DNA of 64,000 bases from Octopus vulgaris (GCA_951406725.2 OX597832.1:41850001-41914000), one strand, 5' to 3'; shown: positions 25,651 through 38,911, counted from the first letter of the stretch. The notes: generated by a model from the letters alone, not told the origin. Made by a program: numbers and translations.

Positions 25651-26775
25651 ATATGTATAGGCACATATATTCAACATGACTGTGTGGTTAAGAAGCTTGC
25701 TTCCTAACCATGTGGTCTTGGGTTCAGTTCCACTACACAGCATCTTTGGCAAGTATTTTTTAGCTGCAGCCCTGGGTTAACTAAAGCCTTGCAAATAGAT
25801 TTGGTAGACAGAAACTAAAAGATGCTTACAGTGTGTGTGCGTGTATCTGTGTCTTTGTGTTTATCGTCCATCACAACTTGACAACCGTTGTCGGTTTGTT
25901 TATGTCCTCAGCAATTCAACAAAAGAAATTGATAAAATAAATGCGAAGCTTAAAAGTTAGTGCTAGGGTTGATTTGTTCGACTTAAACGCCTCAAGGTAA
26001 TGCCCCAGCATGATCGCAGTCCAATGAGTGAAACAAGTGAAAGATAAATATACACAACAACAGACTCCCGGACATAACCCACCAGAAAAGAAGGCGTGGC
26101 CATGTTTGTTGTGGCAGTCAAATAAAGCATTGTGGTTGAGTATTGTGTTGAATATAGTGTTCCTGAATGGATATATCCGGCTCTAAAGCACATTTATGCT
26201 TCTGTCTGTTACAAGGTTATATCACGTCACACTTCACTAGTAAATGGTTGTTATTGTTGTTGTTATGGTTCTGCCCGGGTGCACCAAACTTTATGATAAA
26301 AAGAAGTATCCTGGTTATGACTACCCAATCATTTACTCAGACACAGTTTATCATGGATTACTATATAATGAGTGGCTGTGTGGTAAGTAGCTTGCTTATG
26401 AACTACATGGTTCCGGGTTCAGTCCCACTGCGTGGCATCTTGGGCAAGTGTCTTCTGCTATAGAATAAGTACTGGGCTTACAAAGAATAAGTCCCGGGGT
26501 CGATTTGCTCGACTAAAGGCGGTGCTCCAGCATGGCCGCAGTCAAAATGACTGAAACAAGTAAAAGAGTAATGAGTCTTTTTTTTTTCTCTCTCTAAGAC
26601 AGTTGGGTGTAATATGAAAGAAATTTGGCTGCTATTTCTAGCAGCTTGAGTAACTGTATAGAGACTCTCTTGCTTTTCATTTGCTGTACTATTATTATTG
26701 TTGTTGTTGAAAGATTTATAAGAAACAATTTTTCACAAATTTGATAAATTCCCTGATTTTCTCTTGATTTTCCAG

Positions 26776-26834
26776 CCATGTGAACTATCTGGTCACTGCC
26801 GAGCTACATTTCTCATGGATTTCAGTCCTGATGG
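26776..26834 (+). CDS. AMBRA1: AMBRA1 coding exon 2 (PCELSGHCRATFLMDFSPDG)
   Basis: ttccag| acceptor and GG|gtaaga donor. Aligns with human VELPDSPRSTFLLAFSPDR. Confidence 0.92.
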
Positions 26835-27409
26835 GTAAGAATTTTTCTTTCTCTCTCAATGTTAGTAGTCATTCTGTGAGACTTTCAGTTACTGAAGCCT
26901 GTAGACTCCATCAAATGCTTTTAAAAGGTGACAATGGCCAAAACACTTAACTCAAAATTGCCTCAGTTCACCTAAAACTACAAATAAGAATCATAGTGGT
27001 TACACAAGACAGCTGTAAATAGCAGGAAGACTATTTAGTTAGTTGACAGGCATCTCATTAAACTAAGACATTGACAGATAGTCAGGCTCCTATCAACCTG
27101 AAACCCCATTTCTTCGAGTAGTGAACTAGAGATTTCATAGGTTGTGGGACTCCCAGTCTTTCACCCTTTTGATGCCAACCCACCCAAGACTGCCCTTGGT
27201 TCTATGATACAAACTTCTTGTTTGAAAATGATCTAGGCTTTAAAACCTTCCATTGAAATTTCATGTTAATTTTTTGGGGCATCCTGCCATAAAAACCATG
27301 CCAAAACAAACTCAGATGTCAGGTGTGGTCTTCTGTTTGACCAGCTCCTGTCAGACCATCCAACCCATGCCAGCATGAAAGGCAGATGTTAAATGATGAT
27401 AATGATAAT

Positions 27410-27803
27410 ACCTATTTCTTTACTGCCCACAAGGGGCTAAACACAGAGAGGACAAACAAAGACAGATAAACGGATTGAGTCGATTATATCGACCTCAGTG
27501 CGTAACTGGTACTTAATATATCGACCCCGAAAGGATGAAAGACAAAGTCAACCTCGGCTGAGTTTGAACTCAGAATGTAACGGCAGACAAAATACCTATT
27601 TCTTTACTACCCACAAGGGGCTAAACACAGGGAGGACAGACAAACGGATTAAGTCGATTATATCAACTCCCGTGCATAACTGGTACTTATTTAATCGACC
27701 CTGAAAGGATAAAAGGCAAAGTCGACCTCGGCGGAATTTGAACTCAGAACATAACGGCAGACAAAATACCGGTGTGCTAATGATTCTGCCAGCTTGCCGC
27801 CTT
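27410..27803 (-). mobile_element. SINE family A dimer
   Basis: Two units with the same junction as the other arrays. Confidence 0.88.
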
Positions 27804-30536
27804 AATGATAATAATAATACCATCTTTATATAACAGTTATTTTACAAGATTCTTCATAATTCTTAAAGTTAATTAAAATAAGGATACCAGTGCCGGTGGT
27901 ATGTAAGAGAACCATCCGAACGTGGCTGTTGCCAGCGCCGCCCCGACTGGCCTCGTGCCGGTGGCACGTAAAAAACACCATCCGACACGTCATCACCGTT
28001 ATTTTTCTCTCTTCCCAGCTCTGCCCCAATCAACCCTTTCCTCTCTTCTCAAATGTGAATAACCATGTAGCTCCTCTACAGCAAGAATCCTTATCTGCTC
28101 TGGCCCCTTCCCTCATACTAAGCCTTTCATCTCTTTGCATAAAGCTGCCTCTCTTGGGAATCATAGTTTAGCAAGTTGCTCTGTGATTTTACTAATACTT
28201 ATGACACAGAAAAAGACACCAGTACACCCCTTAAAGTGATTGGCATTAGGAAGGGCACCCAACCAAAAGAAACCATACCAAAATAGACACTGGTGTACAA
28301 TATAGTCCTTTGACCCATCAGGTCCTGTCAAAAAATCGTCCAACCCATGTAAGATGGAACATTACATGATGTGCGTTTGTACACACACATATAATTGAAA
28401 TTTCCTTTTCCTTTAAACTATCTGCGTTCTCTTCCTCCATGACAAACTTATCTAAACTCACAAACTTCACTATACAACATTTGCTAATGTAGACCACAAT
28501 GAGTTTGCTAATGTAGACCACAATGAGTTTGCTAATCAATTACTACAGTAATAATAACTAGCAGGAGCCATGAAAACTCCGCAGTATAAGTCAGTACATT
28601 TTAAAATATTATGTTAGTATATTACACACAAGCAAGGCATGTCAAAAGATTCTTTTGATCTCTTGTCGTTTAATCGAAACTAACTTTTTTAAAAAATATA
28701 ATTGAAATTAATTTCAAAGGTATTGCTTATTTACTTCCTTGTAATACGTTTGACAGATATTATGTGATTTATAGTTTGAAGAAGTTAAGAGGAGTTAAAA
28801 TCATCATCATCATCGTTTAACGTCCGCTTTCCATGCTAGCATGGGTTGGATGATTTGACTGAGGGCTGGCGAACCTGATGGCTGCACCAGGCGCCAATCT
28901 GATCTGGCAGAGTTTCTACAGCTGGATGCCCTTCCTAACGCCAACCACTCCAAGAGTGTAGTGGGTACTTTTACGTGCCACCAGCATGAGAGCCAGTCAG
29001 GCGGTACTGGCAACGACCTCGCTCGAGTCTTTTCACACATGCCGCCGGCACAGGTGCCAGTGAAGCGACGTTGGTAACGATCACACTCGAACGGTGCCCT
29101 TTTACCTGTAATAAAATTCTAGATTTACTCTCTCAGCACTTCTTTATACACAGTATTTTTTGGTCTCAGCTACTCTTACTGCCACATCAGATAAATTCTT
29201 GGCCCCATAAAATGTCACATAATTGCCCATGCATTGAGAGAATTTTAAAAATAGAAATATATAAACAAACTACACTTTTCGCTGTCCAACCACCAGCAGG
29301 GCTCAGTTCAAGTTATTTACTGATTGATATTGTTTTCATTTCTTTTTCATTTCACTTCAGTTCAGTGATCTATCTATTTGTATATCTGTTAATATATCTC
29401 TCTATTTGCATAACTTTTGATATATCAGTAGGTTCACCTACCTGTCTGTCTGTCTAAGTAGCTCTTATATCTACTTTCCCTTCTGCCAATGTATGTATCT
29501 TGTTTACTTTCATACTACCGATAAGCATTTAAGCCTAATAAGAAAACGAAAAAAACTGAACAATAACAGTGCTCCAGCATGGCCACAGGTTTTGGTCTGA
29601 AAACACGTAGATAATAAGAATGCCAGTGACACGTAAAAAGCACCGTCCAAACGTGGCAGATGCCAGAGCCGTTTGACTGGCGTCCGTGGCGGTGACACAT
29701 AAAAGAACCAACCGATCGTGGCCGTTTGCCAGCCTGCTCTGGCCCCTGTGCCGGTGACACGTAAAAGGCACCCACTACACTCATGGAGTGGTTGGCGTTA
29801 GGAAGGGCATCCAGCTGTAGAAACACTGCCAGATCAGATTGGAGCTTTGTGCAGCTTCCATGGCTTCCAGACCCCGGTCGAACCGTCCAACCCATGCTAG
29901 CGTGGAAAACGGACGTTAAATGATGATGATGTAACTTCCACAGCTATTTGCTAACTAAGGTTATTTCACTTTAATTCAGCTGTCTATTGATATATCTTAA
30001 AGCATAAAGTTATATATCTTCCTGTGCCAGTGGCACATAAAAAGCACCCACTACACTCTCGGAGTGGTTGGCATTAGGAAGGGCATCCAGCTGTAGAAAC
30101 TCTGCCAGATCAAGATTGGAGCCTGGTGCAGCCATCTGGTTCGCCAGCCCTCAGTCAAAATCGTCCAACCCATGCTAGCATGGAAAGCAGACATTAAACG
30201 ATGATGATGATGATGATGATGATGATCTTCCTGACATTGTTTCACTGTGTTAAACATTTCAATTGTGCTTGTAATTTGAACACACAAATGCAGAATAATA
30301 TAATATACTTTCTCCCTCCCCTTCATGCCCTCTAATAATATAGACCTCTCTCTCTCTCTCTTTCTTGTTTTCCCTTCCTCTTCACTGATTTAACTATTCC
30401 CATTTCATTTCTTTCTCCGTCTCCCTCTCTTTCCTTTCTCTCACTCTACATCTAATTCTGCATTTGAGTTAGAACCTCCCTCGATTCTGTAAGTGTAACA
30501 CATGGATGAAACCAGAAGGAATGTAGGAACAAGTAG

Positions 30537-30733
30537 AATAATAATAATAATAATAACAATAATAACAACAATAATAATAGTAATAATAACAACAACAATA
30601 ATAATAGTAATAATAACAACAACAATAATAATAGTAATAATAACAACAACAATAATAATAGTAATAATAACAACAACAATAATAATAATAATAATAACAA
30701 CAACAACAACAACAACAACAATAATAGTAATAA
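30537..30733. repeat. Compound (AAT/AAC/AGT)n repeat with a higher-order unit of about 27 bp
   Basis: aataataatagtaataataacaacaac repeated. Confidence 0.9.
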
Positions 30734-30953
30734 GACAAATACATAACAAAAACACCAGGACTTACAAACACATATAACATACAGAAAATTGCACTACTAG
30801 GCACTGCACACATCCTACGCAGAACACTTTCCATACAATAACCATCAGAGCATCACAACAAATCACAGCACATACCCAAGGCACACAGAGCTGCGCTCGG
30901 TAGTGAAGTGAAAGCACGCTATAAAAAATAAAACTACTGAATAATAATAATAA
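30734..30953 (+). mobile_element. 5'-truncated RLE-type non-LTR retrotransposon (R4/Dong-like)
   Basis: Translates DKYITKTPGLTNTYNIQKIALLGTAHILRRTLSIQ* followed by a 3' UTR. (AAT)n on both sides. Confidence 0.7.
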
Positions 30954-30969
30954 TGTCTTCTTTGTTTAG

Positions 30970-31153
30970 CTCAAGAATGGCTTCTTCTCATGGTGACCAC
31001 TCTGTGCGCATTACTGATATCGTAACACGGAAGTGCACGCACATCTTGCAGGGCCATCCGAGAACGCCATGGTGTCTAGCATTCCATCCGTCAGCCAATG
31101 ACATCCTGGCATCCGGTTGTCTTGGAGGAGAGGTCAGAATCTGGGACTTACAT
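30970..31153 (+). CDS. AMBRA1: AMBRA1 coding exon 3, WD40 repeats (SRMASSHGDH...GEVRIWDLH)
   Basis: gtttag| acceptor and CAT|gtaagt donor. GH...WD repeat lies inside ORF 30953..31285. Confidence 0.95.
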
Positions 31154-31320
31154 GTAAGTAGACATTTAGATATCAGTGTTTGTTTGTTTGTTTGTCTTTT
31201 ATCTTTTTGTTTGTTGGGTGTTGAAATATATGTCACCACAATTCTCTCTGTCTGTCAAATTCTGTTACACCATATCTATTGTTAACATTAATAAATACTC
31301 ATGTCTTCTCCCTCCCTCAT

Positions 31321-31351
<31 letters not shown>

Positions 31352-32775
31352 TACAAAATAATTATATATATGTACCTAATGTCCCTTCTGCGTATACACC
31401 ACACCTTATTGTACGTTGTATTTGTTCCACATGTTCATTTGTGCATGCAGGCATGTTTACTTTGTATCTACACACGTGCATTCATTCATCACACCCATTC
31501 ACATACTCCTGCACTTGTGCTCACACTTGAATGCAGGCAGACCCATGCGTATCCATAGCCACTTGCACACAGACACATTTACTTTCAGTATGTTGTGAAG
31601 GTGTAGGCATGAGTCAGCAAACACTCACAAAACAGTTTCTGTACTGCAAAGAAACACTCATACACTCTCATACATGTGTACATAAGTGCAAAAACTCACT
31701 TGAGCAGGCACACACACTCACCCTCTTATAATACACTCACACGTTTACATGTACCCACACATCATATATATGCGTGTGACGAGCTGGCAGAAACGTTAGC
31801 ACGCCGGGCGAAATGCCTAGCGGTATTTCGTCTGCCGCTATGTTGTGAGTTCAAATTCCGCCGAGATCGATTTTGCCTTTCATCCTCGATTAAATAAGTA
31901 CCAGTTACGCACTGGGGTCGATATAATCGACTTAATCCCCATGTCTGTCCTTGTTTGTCTCCTCTATGTTTAGCCCCCTGTGGGCAATAAAGAAATACAT
32001 ATATATGCGTGTGGAAGTGTATGGCTTAGTGGTTAGGTTGTTGGACTCATGATCATAAGATTGTGGTTTCAATTCCTGGACTGGGTGGTGTGTTGTGTTC
32101 TTGAGCTAAGCATTTCATTACATGTTGCTCCAGTCCACCTCAGATAGCGAAAATGTGTAATCCCAACACGGAATCCAGGAAACTGGCCTTATGAGCCCAT
32201 GGCTCAAGAAGGACCTTTGATCCTTTTGAAATATATATCTATATGTTTGTATATATATATATATATTTTTTTTTTTTTATGTTGACTTATTATAAAAGCA
32301 GTTTTACATTAAATTGCAAAGGTGCATGTTTCAGTGGTTAGAGCATTGGGCTCACATTCATGAGGTAGTGAGTTTGATTCCCAGGCCAGACTGTGTGTTG
32401 TGTTCTTGAGCAAGTCTCTTCATTTCACATTGCTCCAGTTTACTTAGTTGTAGAAATGAGTTGCAACATCACTGGTACCAAGCTGTATCAGCCCCTTTTG
32501 CCTTTCCCTTGGATAACACTGGTGGCATGGAAAGGGGAGGCTGGCATGCATGTGCGACTGCTGGTCTTCCATAAACAACCTTGCCCAAACGTGTGCCTCG
32601 GAGGGTAACTTAATAGGTGTAATCCCATTGTCATCCATAACCAAAGGGTATCTTTCCCCTTATTATATGCACATATAATGGCATGGAGAGGTGGAGGCTG
32701 GTATGCATGGGCAACTGCTGGTCTTCCATAAAGAACCTTACCCAGGCTTCTTCTTTGGAGAGTAACTTAATAGGT

Positions 32776-33071
32776 TCCTTCTCGAGCCATGCCTGGCTCA
32801 TTAGGGCCGGTTTCCCAGTTTCTTTGGCGTATAGGTTCCCCACCTGGACGGGACGCCAGTCCGTTGCAGGTGAACTGCAAGATGCAGGAGGAAAGAGTGA
32901 GAGAAATTTGTGGCGAAGGAGTCAGCAGAAGTTCGCCATTACCTTCTGCTGGAGCCGCGTGGAGCTCAGGTGTTTCACTCATAAACACACACACCGCCCG
33001 GTCTGAGATTCGAACCTGCAATCCCTCGACCGCGAGTCCACTGCTCTAACCACTAGGCCATGTGCCTCCAC
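32776..33071 (-). mobile_element. tRNA-derived SINE with a 12-bp TSD, nested in another SINE tail
   Basis: TSD aacttaataggt at 32764..32775 and 33072..33083. Minus-strand head tgtggaggcacatggcctagtggttagagc...ggttcgaatc. Confidence 0.88.
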
Positions 33072-33571
33072 AACTTAATAGGTGCGATCCCATTGTCATT
33101 CGTAACCAAAGTGGGTCTTTACTCTTTTACATTAAGCCAAAGGATTACTTAAAACTTTTTGTAGAACATATATTCAACATATAAAGGCGGCAAGCTGGCA
33201 GAAATGTTAGCACGCCGGGTGAAATGTGTAGCCGTATTTCGTCTGCCGTTACGTTCTGAGTTCAAATTCCGCTGAGGTCGACTTTGCCTTTCATCCTTTT
33301 GGGGTCGGTAAATAAAGTACGAGTTACGCACTGGGGTCGATATAATCGACTTAATCCGTGTGTCTGTCCTTGTTTGTCCCCTCTGTGTTTAGCCCCTTGT
33401 GGGTAGTAAAGAAATAGATATTCATTGTTCTTTTACAAGAATAGTGTTGTCAATGGCTTCCAAATCTCAGATGAAGGCTAAGCAGGCCAATACTTCAAAG
33501 TCACTGTCACTGCTATTTTTGTTAAATAATCTTGTCTTGCACCTGTTCAACAGAAATTTCTTTGCTTTCAG

Positions 33572-33747
33572 GGTCGCGGCAGTGAAGTGTGGACTGCGCC
33601 ACATGGTTCTGTAATTGCCACTTTGGCTTTTCATCCGACAGACCATGTGTTAGTCTTTGCCACTGCTGATGAGATTTACTTCTGGGACTGGAGTAAAAGC
33701 CAACCGTTTGCCTGCTGTAAGACAGCCCGTAGTTTTGAAAGAGTCAG
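33572..33747 (+). CDS. AMBRA1: AMBRA1 coding exon 4 (GRGSEVWTAPHGSVIATLAFHPTDHVLVFATADEIYFWDWSKSQPFACCKTARSFERV)
   Basis: tttcag| acceptor and AG|gtgagt donor. WD40 repeat matches human IASLAFHPT..IHFWDWS. Confidence 0.95.
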
Positions 33748-33914
33748 GTGAGTACAGTTTTTAGTCTCTCTTTAATACAGAGTTAGGTAAATGTTTAATG
33801 TACTGAATTTAACTAATTAGTTAGCTTCAGTAATTAGTCATTTAGGTATCTAAACCAGTTAATTAGTTTAGCCTAGTTAGCTATGCCTGGCTTGGCAACT
33901 ACTCTTCTGGCTGA

Positions 33915-34610
33915 CAAGCTCAGCTGGCTACATAATTGGCTAACTGGCTCAGCTAGCTGCACGGCTGGCTAACTGGCTCAGCTAGCTGCACGGCTGGCTA
34001 ACTGGCTCAGCTAGCTGCACGGCTGGCTAACTGGCTCAGCTAGCTGCACGGCTGGCTAACTGGCTCAGCTAGCTGCACGGCTGGCTAACTGGCTCAGCTA
34101 GCTGCACGGCTGGCTAACTGGCTCAGCTAGCTGCACGGCTGGCTAACTGGCTCAGCTTGCTGCACGGCTGGCTAACTGGCTCGGCTAGCCACACGACTGG
34201 CTAACTGGCTCAGCTAGCTGCACGGCTGGCTAACTGGCTCAGCTTGCTGCACGGCTGGCTAACTGGCTCAGCTTGCTGCACGGCTGGCTAACTGGCTCAG
34301 CTTGGCTAGCCACACGACTGGCTAACTGGCTCGGCTAGCCACACGACTGGCTAACTGGCTCGGCTAGCCACACGACTGGCTAACTGGCTCAGCTAGCCAC
34401 ACGACTGGCTAACTAACTCAGCTAGCCGCACAGCTGGCTAACTGGTTCGGCTAGCCGCACGGCTGGCTAACCGCACGGCTGGCTAACCGCACGACTGGCT
34501 AACTGGCTTGGCTAGCCACCATGGTTGGCTAATTGGCTCGGCTAGCCACACCGCTGGCTAACTGGCTCAGCTAGCCACACCGCTGGCTAACTGGCTTGGC
34601 TAGCTACACA
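33915..34610. repeat. 29-bp GC-rich intronic minisatellite (ggctggctaactggctcagctagctgcac), about 23 copies
   Basis: Period 29 seen directly, with no spacers. Confidence 0.95.
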
Positions 34611-34979
34611 ATTAGGCTATAAAACACTATTAGAAAGCCTGTCCAACTTATGCCAGCATGGAAAAGTGGATGTAAAACAACCATGCTGATAACAGCAGCT
34701 TAGTCATGAATGTTCTCAAGGTTTTTTTTTTTTAACATTTCAAAACGGCTATTTGTCTGAACCTGCAGTGTTCTTCTACCTCTTTTAAAAATGTAATGAT
34801 TCTCAGTGAAAAAAACTGTCTCAGTTTACATGTCACTGGTTGCCCCACTCAGTCTGTCAACAATCAGTTGCACCTGTGTATGAAATGTTGTTACCAGGTG
34901 TCTTATTCAGCTGAGCATGAAATAGCCCTTCCAGACTTGCTAGTTTTACATATAAGACAGATGTTTGGCTTTATAAAAT

Positions 34980-35410
34980 AATAATAAAAATGAAATTATT
35001 GTATACAGTGCTCAGGTGCACCACAACTTGTCAGAGTATATGCAGTAATGTACAAATGTCTGGAAAGCGAACAATGTATGAGTCAGATACATGCCTGTGT
35101 GTGTATGGAGAGGAGAAAATCAGGTGTAGTGTTGGCGAATCTCAGAAAGCATGGAAGTTTTGAAGGATGCAGTGCTCCGACAACTAACAACTGATGCTGG
35201 CAGCCTGTTCCATGCTTCAGCAACTCTCAGCATGAAAAAATGTTTCCTAAAGTCATGGGAGCTGTGCTGTTTTCTGACTTTGTAAACATGTCCATGGGTG
35301 GAGTTTGAAAAGGTGCTCAGAGTTATTGTTTGTAAAATGGTTAGTAATTTTATGGGTGTCTGCCAAGTCAGCTGCCAGACGTCGGAGTTTCAATGTGTCC
35401 ATGTCCAGGG
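34980..35410 (-). mobile_element. CR1-like LINE 3' fragment
   Basis: Reverse complement matches 63130..63580. Confidence 0.85.
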
Positions 35411-35579
35411 AACATCATCTATATCACTGCAGCCACCTCTCCTGTACGTACCATCTCGTCTTTGGTACCCATCCACTTTCTCATTAAAATAGTGGCTAAC
35501 TCTGAAAGGAAACAAAAGCAAAGTTTATATAAGATGTGAATGTAATGTAATCGTTTTCTTTTTTCTTTTTCTTTTTCAG

Positions 35580-35681
35580 ATGGCTCTGCTTTGATCCGCT
35601 TGGACATTATCTCTACACAGGGATTGCCAATAACACAACCATCCAGCCACGGATCCATGTAGGAAACAGGAGCTCAACTGG
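35580..35681 (+). CDS. AMBRA1: AMBRA1 coding exon 5 (WLCFDPLGHYLYTGIANNTTIQPRIHVGNRSSTG)
   Basis: Long pyrimidine tract plus cag| acceptor, GG|gtaaac donor. FDPLGHYL motif ends the N-terminal propeller half. Confidence 0.9.
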
Positions 35682-35819
35682 GTAAACAGAGCTTATTTCA
35701 CATCTTGTTTCTTTATTTCTATGATAGAAAAAGAGTGAGTGAGTGGATATGTACATATCTTATCACATTATTTCTTTTTTAACTTTATTAATTTCAATTA
35801 TTATTATTATTATTATAGT

Positions 35820-36085
35820 TTGGTTCAGGTTCAGTCTTATTCCTGGTAAGAATTAGGTATTCACAAGTTTCCAGCAGTTTTTCAAGTGCTTAGAACCCTC
35901 CTGATAATCCTTGCTGTCCCTAAGAGACAAATTTTCTATAGGAGCTGGGCATTCTATTTCAATTTCCTTCAACCATTTGTCTATATCTTGGCTTGTTGTT
36001 CCCAATACACCAATTATTATGGACATGACCTTCACTGTTTGCATGCTCCAAATTCTTCCTGTTTCAAACTTTAAGGGCTATGAAT
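35820..36085 (-). mobile_element. RLE-type non-LTR retrotransposon 3' fragment (R4/Dong-like), frameshifted
   Basis: Minus strand gives VKVMSIIIGVLGT..DKWLKEIEI, then KICLLGTARIIRRVL. (TTA)n on both flanks. Confidence 0.7.
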
Positions 36086-36917
36086 TATTATTATTATTAT
36101 TATTTCATCCTTTTGGGTCAATGAAATAAGTACAGTTAAGCACTGGAGTTGATGTAATCAATTTGCTCTCTCCGTACAAAATTTCAGGATTTGTGCTTAT
36201 AGCAGAAAGGATTATTGTTGTTATAATTATTATATCAGCATTTTGACGGCGGGAGCTGGCAGTATCATTAGCACACCAGACAAGATGATTAGCAATATTT
36301 AATCTGTCTTTATGTTCTGAGTTCAAATTCTGCTATGATCGACTTTGCCTTTCATCCTTTCAGGGTTGATGAAATAAGTACCTATTTCTTTACTACCCAC
36401 AGGGGGCTAATCACAGAGGGGACAAGCAAGGACAGACAAAGGGATTAAGTCGATTACATCGACCCCAGTGCGTAACTGGTACTTAATTTATCGACCCTGA
36501 AAGGATGAAAGGTAAAGTCGACCTCGGCGGAATTTGAACTCAGAATGTAACGGCATACGAAATACTGCTAACGTTTCTGCCAGCTTGCCGCCTTAAATAA
36601 GTACCAGTCGAGCACTGGGGTGAATGTAATTGACTTAACCCCTCCTCAAAATTTCAGGCCTTGCACCTGTAATAGAAAGGATTATCATATTAGCCTTTAT
36701 TTGATCCATTTTGGAAGAACCCATGCCATCAATCTTGTCTTTATATATATATCTAGGACTACATTATCTAATGTGTCCTTCCTTTTTTTAAAGAAGTACG
36801 ATTTTTGAGGCTCCTTTGCTGGCATTTGTAGCAAATGCTGTGTTTTCGTTAAAAGACTGTCCTACCTGATTTAGTCCTTATCTTTTTACACAACATACAC
36901 GTATACATTTTTTTCAG

Positions 36918-37030
36918 ACTCCGTTCAGATTTGAGAAGCAGACGGCGCCAAATTCAAGAACGTTATCAGGAAGTCCTGCGCCAGTATCAAAATTATGAAA
37001 GATCCCAGAGTGAAATCCCCAGCACTCTTG
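36918..37030 (+). CDS. AMBRA1: AMBRA1 coding exon 6 (LRSDLRSRRRQIQERYQEVLRQYQNYERSQSEIPSTL)
   Basis: tttcag| acceptor and G|gtaaat donor. Open frame that bridges phase 2 (exon 5) to phase 1 (exon 7). Confidence 0.8.
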
Positions 37031-38303
37031 GTAAATACTCAGCTTAATTTCAAGAACTTTGTATTTTTATTTAATTTTTAATGATATTTATTTAGTGTTT
37101 TTGAGAAGATTCCTCAAGTTTTATTTGCGATGAGCTAGACATTAATTCTGTGTTAGCATGGCAAGGATCAATGGTTCGGGTTCCGTCTGTAGCTTTTCAC
37201 TACCATTAGGATTCTGAGTTGTAGTAGAGATGATTATTGTCTTTGAATAAGTTGGTTAGAAGAGGAGGCAGAAGTACCCATGGCTTTCACCTTTGCAGTT
37301 TCTCTCAGGCTCTTGAGATTGGTGTGGCTGATGCTAACCTTTGAACCTATGCTGATCAAGGATTCATCATCATCATCATCGTTTAACGTCTGCTTTCCAT
37401 GCTAGCATGGCTTGGACGATTTGACTGAGGACTAGAGAACCAGATGGCTGTGCCAGGCTCTCCAATCTGATCTGGCAGAGTTTTTATGGCTGGATGCCCT
37501 TCCGAATGTCAACCACTCCGAGCGTGTAGTGGGTGCTTTTACGTGCCGCTGGCACAAGGGCCAGTCAGGCGGTACTAGCAACTGTCACGGAAAATCCTGT
37601 TTTTTTTTTTTACGTGCCAGTAAGGCAACGCTGGTAATGATCACACTTGAATGGTGCTTTTCATGTGCCACCGGCACAAATGCCAGTTAGTCACTCTGGC
37701 AACGATCACGCTTGGATGGTGCTCTTAGTGCTCCACTAGCACAGATGAAGGAACTACACATGTTTCAGTATTGGAAGATTACAATATGTAAACATATACA
37801 CAACTATCCCAAGACTAGGTAGTTGTGTTGAACCAGGTGGTGTATTAGATCTACTTTGTTAACTGTTGTGTAGCATCTGAAATCAGCTGCGAGGGGGCTA
37901 TTCTCCGACCACGGGAGGCATTCCTGCTACGTCCTTCAAGTTTAGCACAACGTAAGCTCACATCGTCCAGTGCATAGTTCTTCTAGTGAGATAACCACTC
38001 AGTAGCTCTTCCCTGATTGTTGTTGTAAGCCATTGCCAGTATGGTGGTGGCAGCAATGGTGGTTGTGGTGTACTGGATCACAGATTAAATCTACCACCCA
38101 AGAACTGAAACAGTCTCTTTGATAGGCCTCTCCTTACCAAATTTCACTCACAGTACTTTGGTTGAATTGTGGCTAGGGTAGAATACACTAACCCAGTATA
38201 CTACACATAAAGATTGAACCCTAAATCATGTAGTTGCAAAGCAAACTTCTTAATCACACAGCTGGAAACAACCTATTCCCACTGTTGGCAGCATTTCCCT
38301 TAA

Positions 38304-38911
38304 CCCTTTTGTTACCAACCTGGCTGAAACTGGCTTTGGCTCTATAGTACAAATGTCTTGTTTTCATAAGTTTTGAATTAAAATCTTCCAAACCTTAGTC
38401 ACAGTTTATGTTCCTAACACTAGCTTAATGATAACTGAGTTCATCATCATCATCATTTAATGTCCGTTCTCCATACTAGCATGGGTTGGATGGTTCGACC
38501 GGGGATCTGGGAAGCCAGAAGGCTGCACCAGGCTCTGGTCTTATCTGGCAATGTTTCTACAGCTGGATGCCCTTCTTAACGCCAACCACTCCGTGAGTGT
38601 AGTGGGTGCTTTTTACGTGCCACCTGCACAGGCGCCAGGCGAGGCTGGCAATGGCCACGATCAGATTGGTGCATTTTACATGCCACCGGCACGGAAGCCA
38701 GTCGAGGTGGCACTGGCATCGGCCACGATTTGGATGGTGCTTTTTACATGCCACCGGCATGGAAGCCAGTCAAGGCGGCGCTGGTATAAACCACGATTCG
38801 GATAGTGCTTTTTACGTGCCAGTTTCAATTTCGATTACTAAATTCTTTGTTATATTTAAAGTAATTGAAAGAAACACAGAGCATCTCAAAATAAATACAG
38901 TAACAAAAGGG
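38304..38911. mobile_element. piggyBac-like MITE interrupted by a family C SINE
   Basis: TTAA|cccttttgttac ... gtaacaaaaggg|TTAA, a 12-bp perfect TIR. The SINE occupies about 38442..38822. Confidence 0.85.

Noticed and set aside
33915-34610. CRISPR-like 29-bp repeat array
   Set aside because: Units are contiguous with no unique spacers, there are no cas genes, and the context is a eukaryotic intron.
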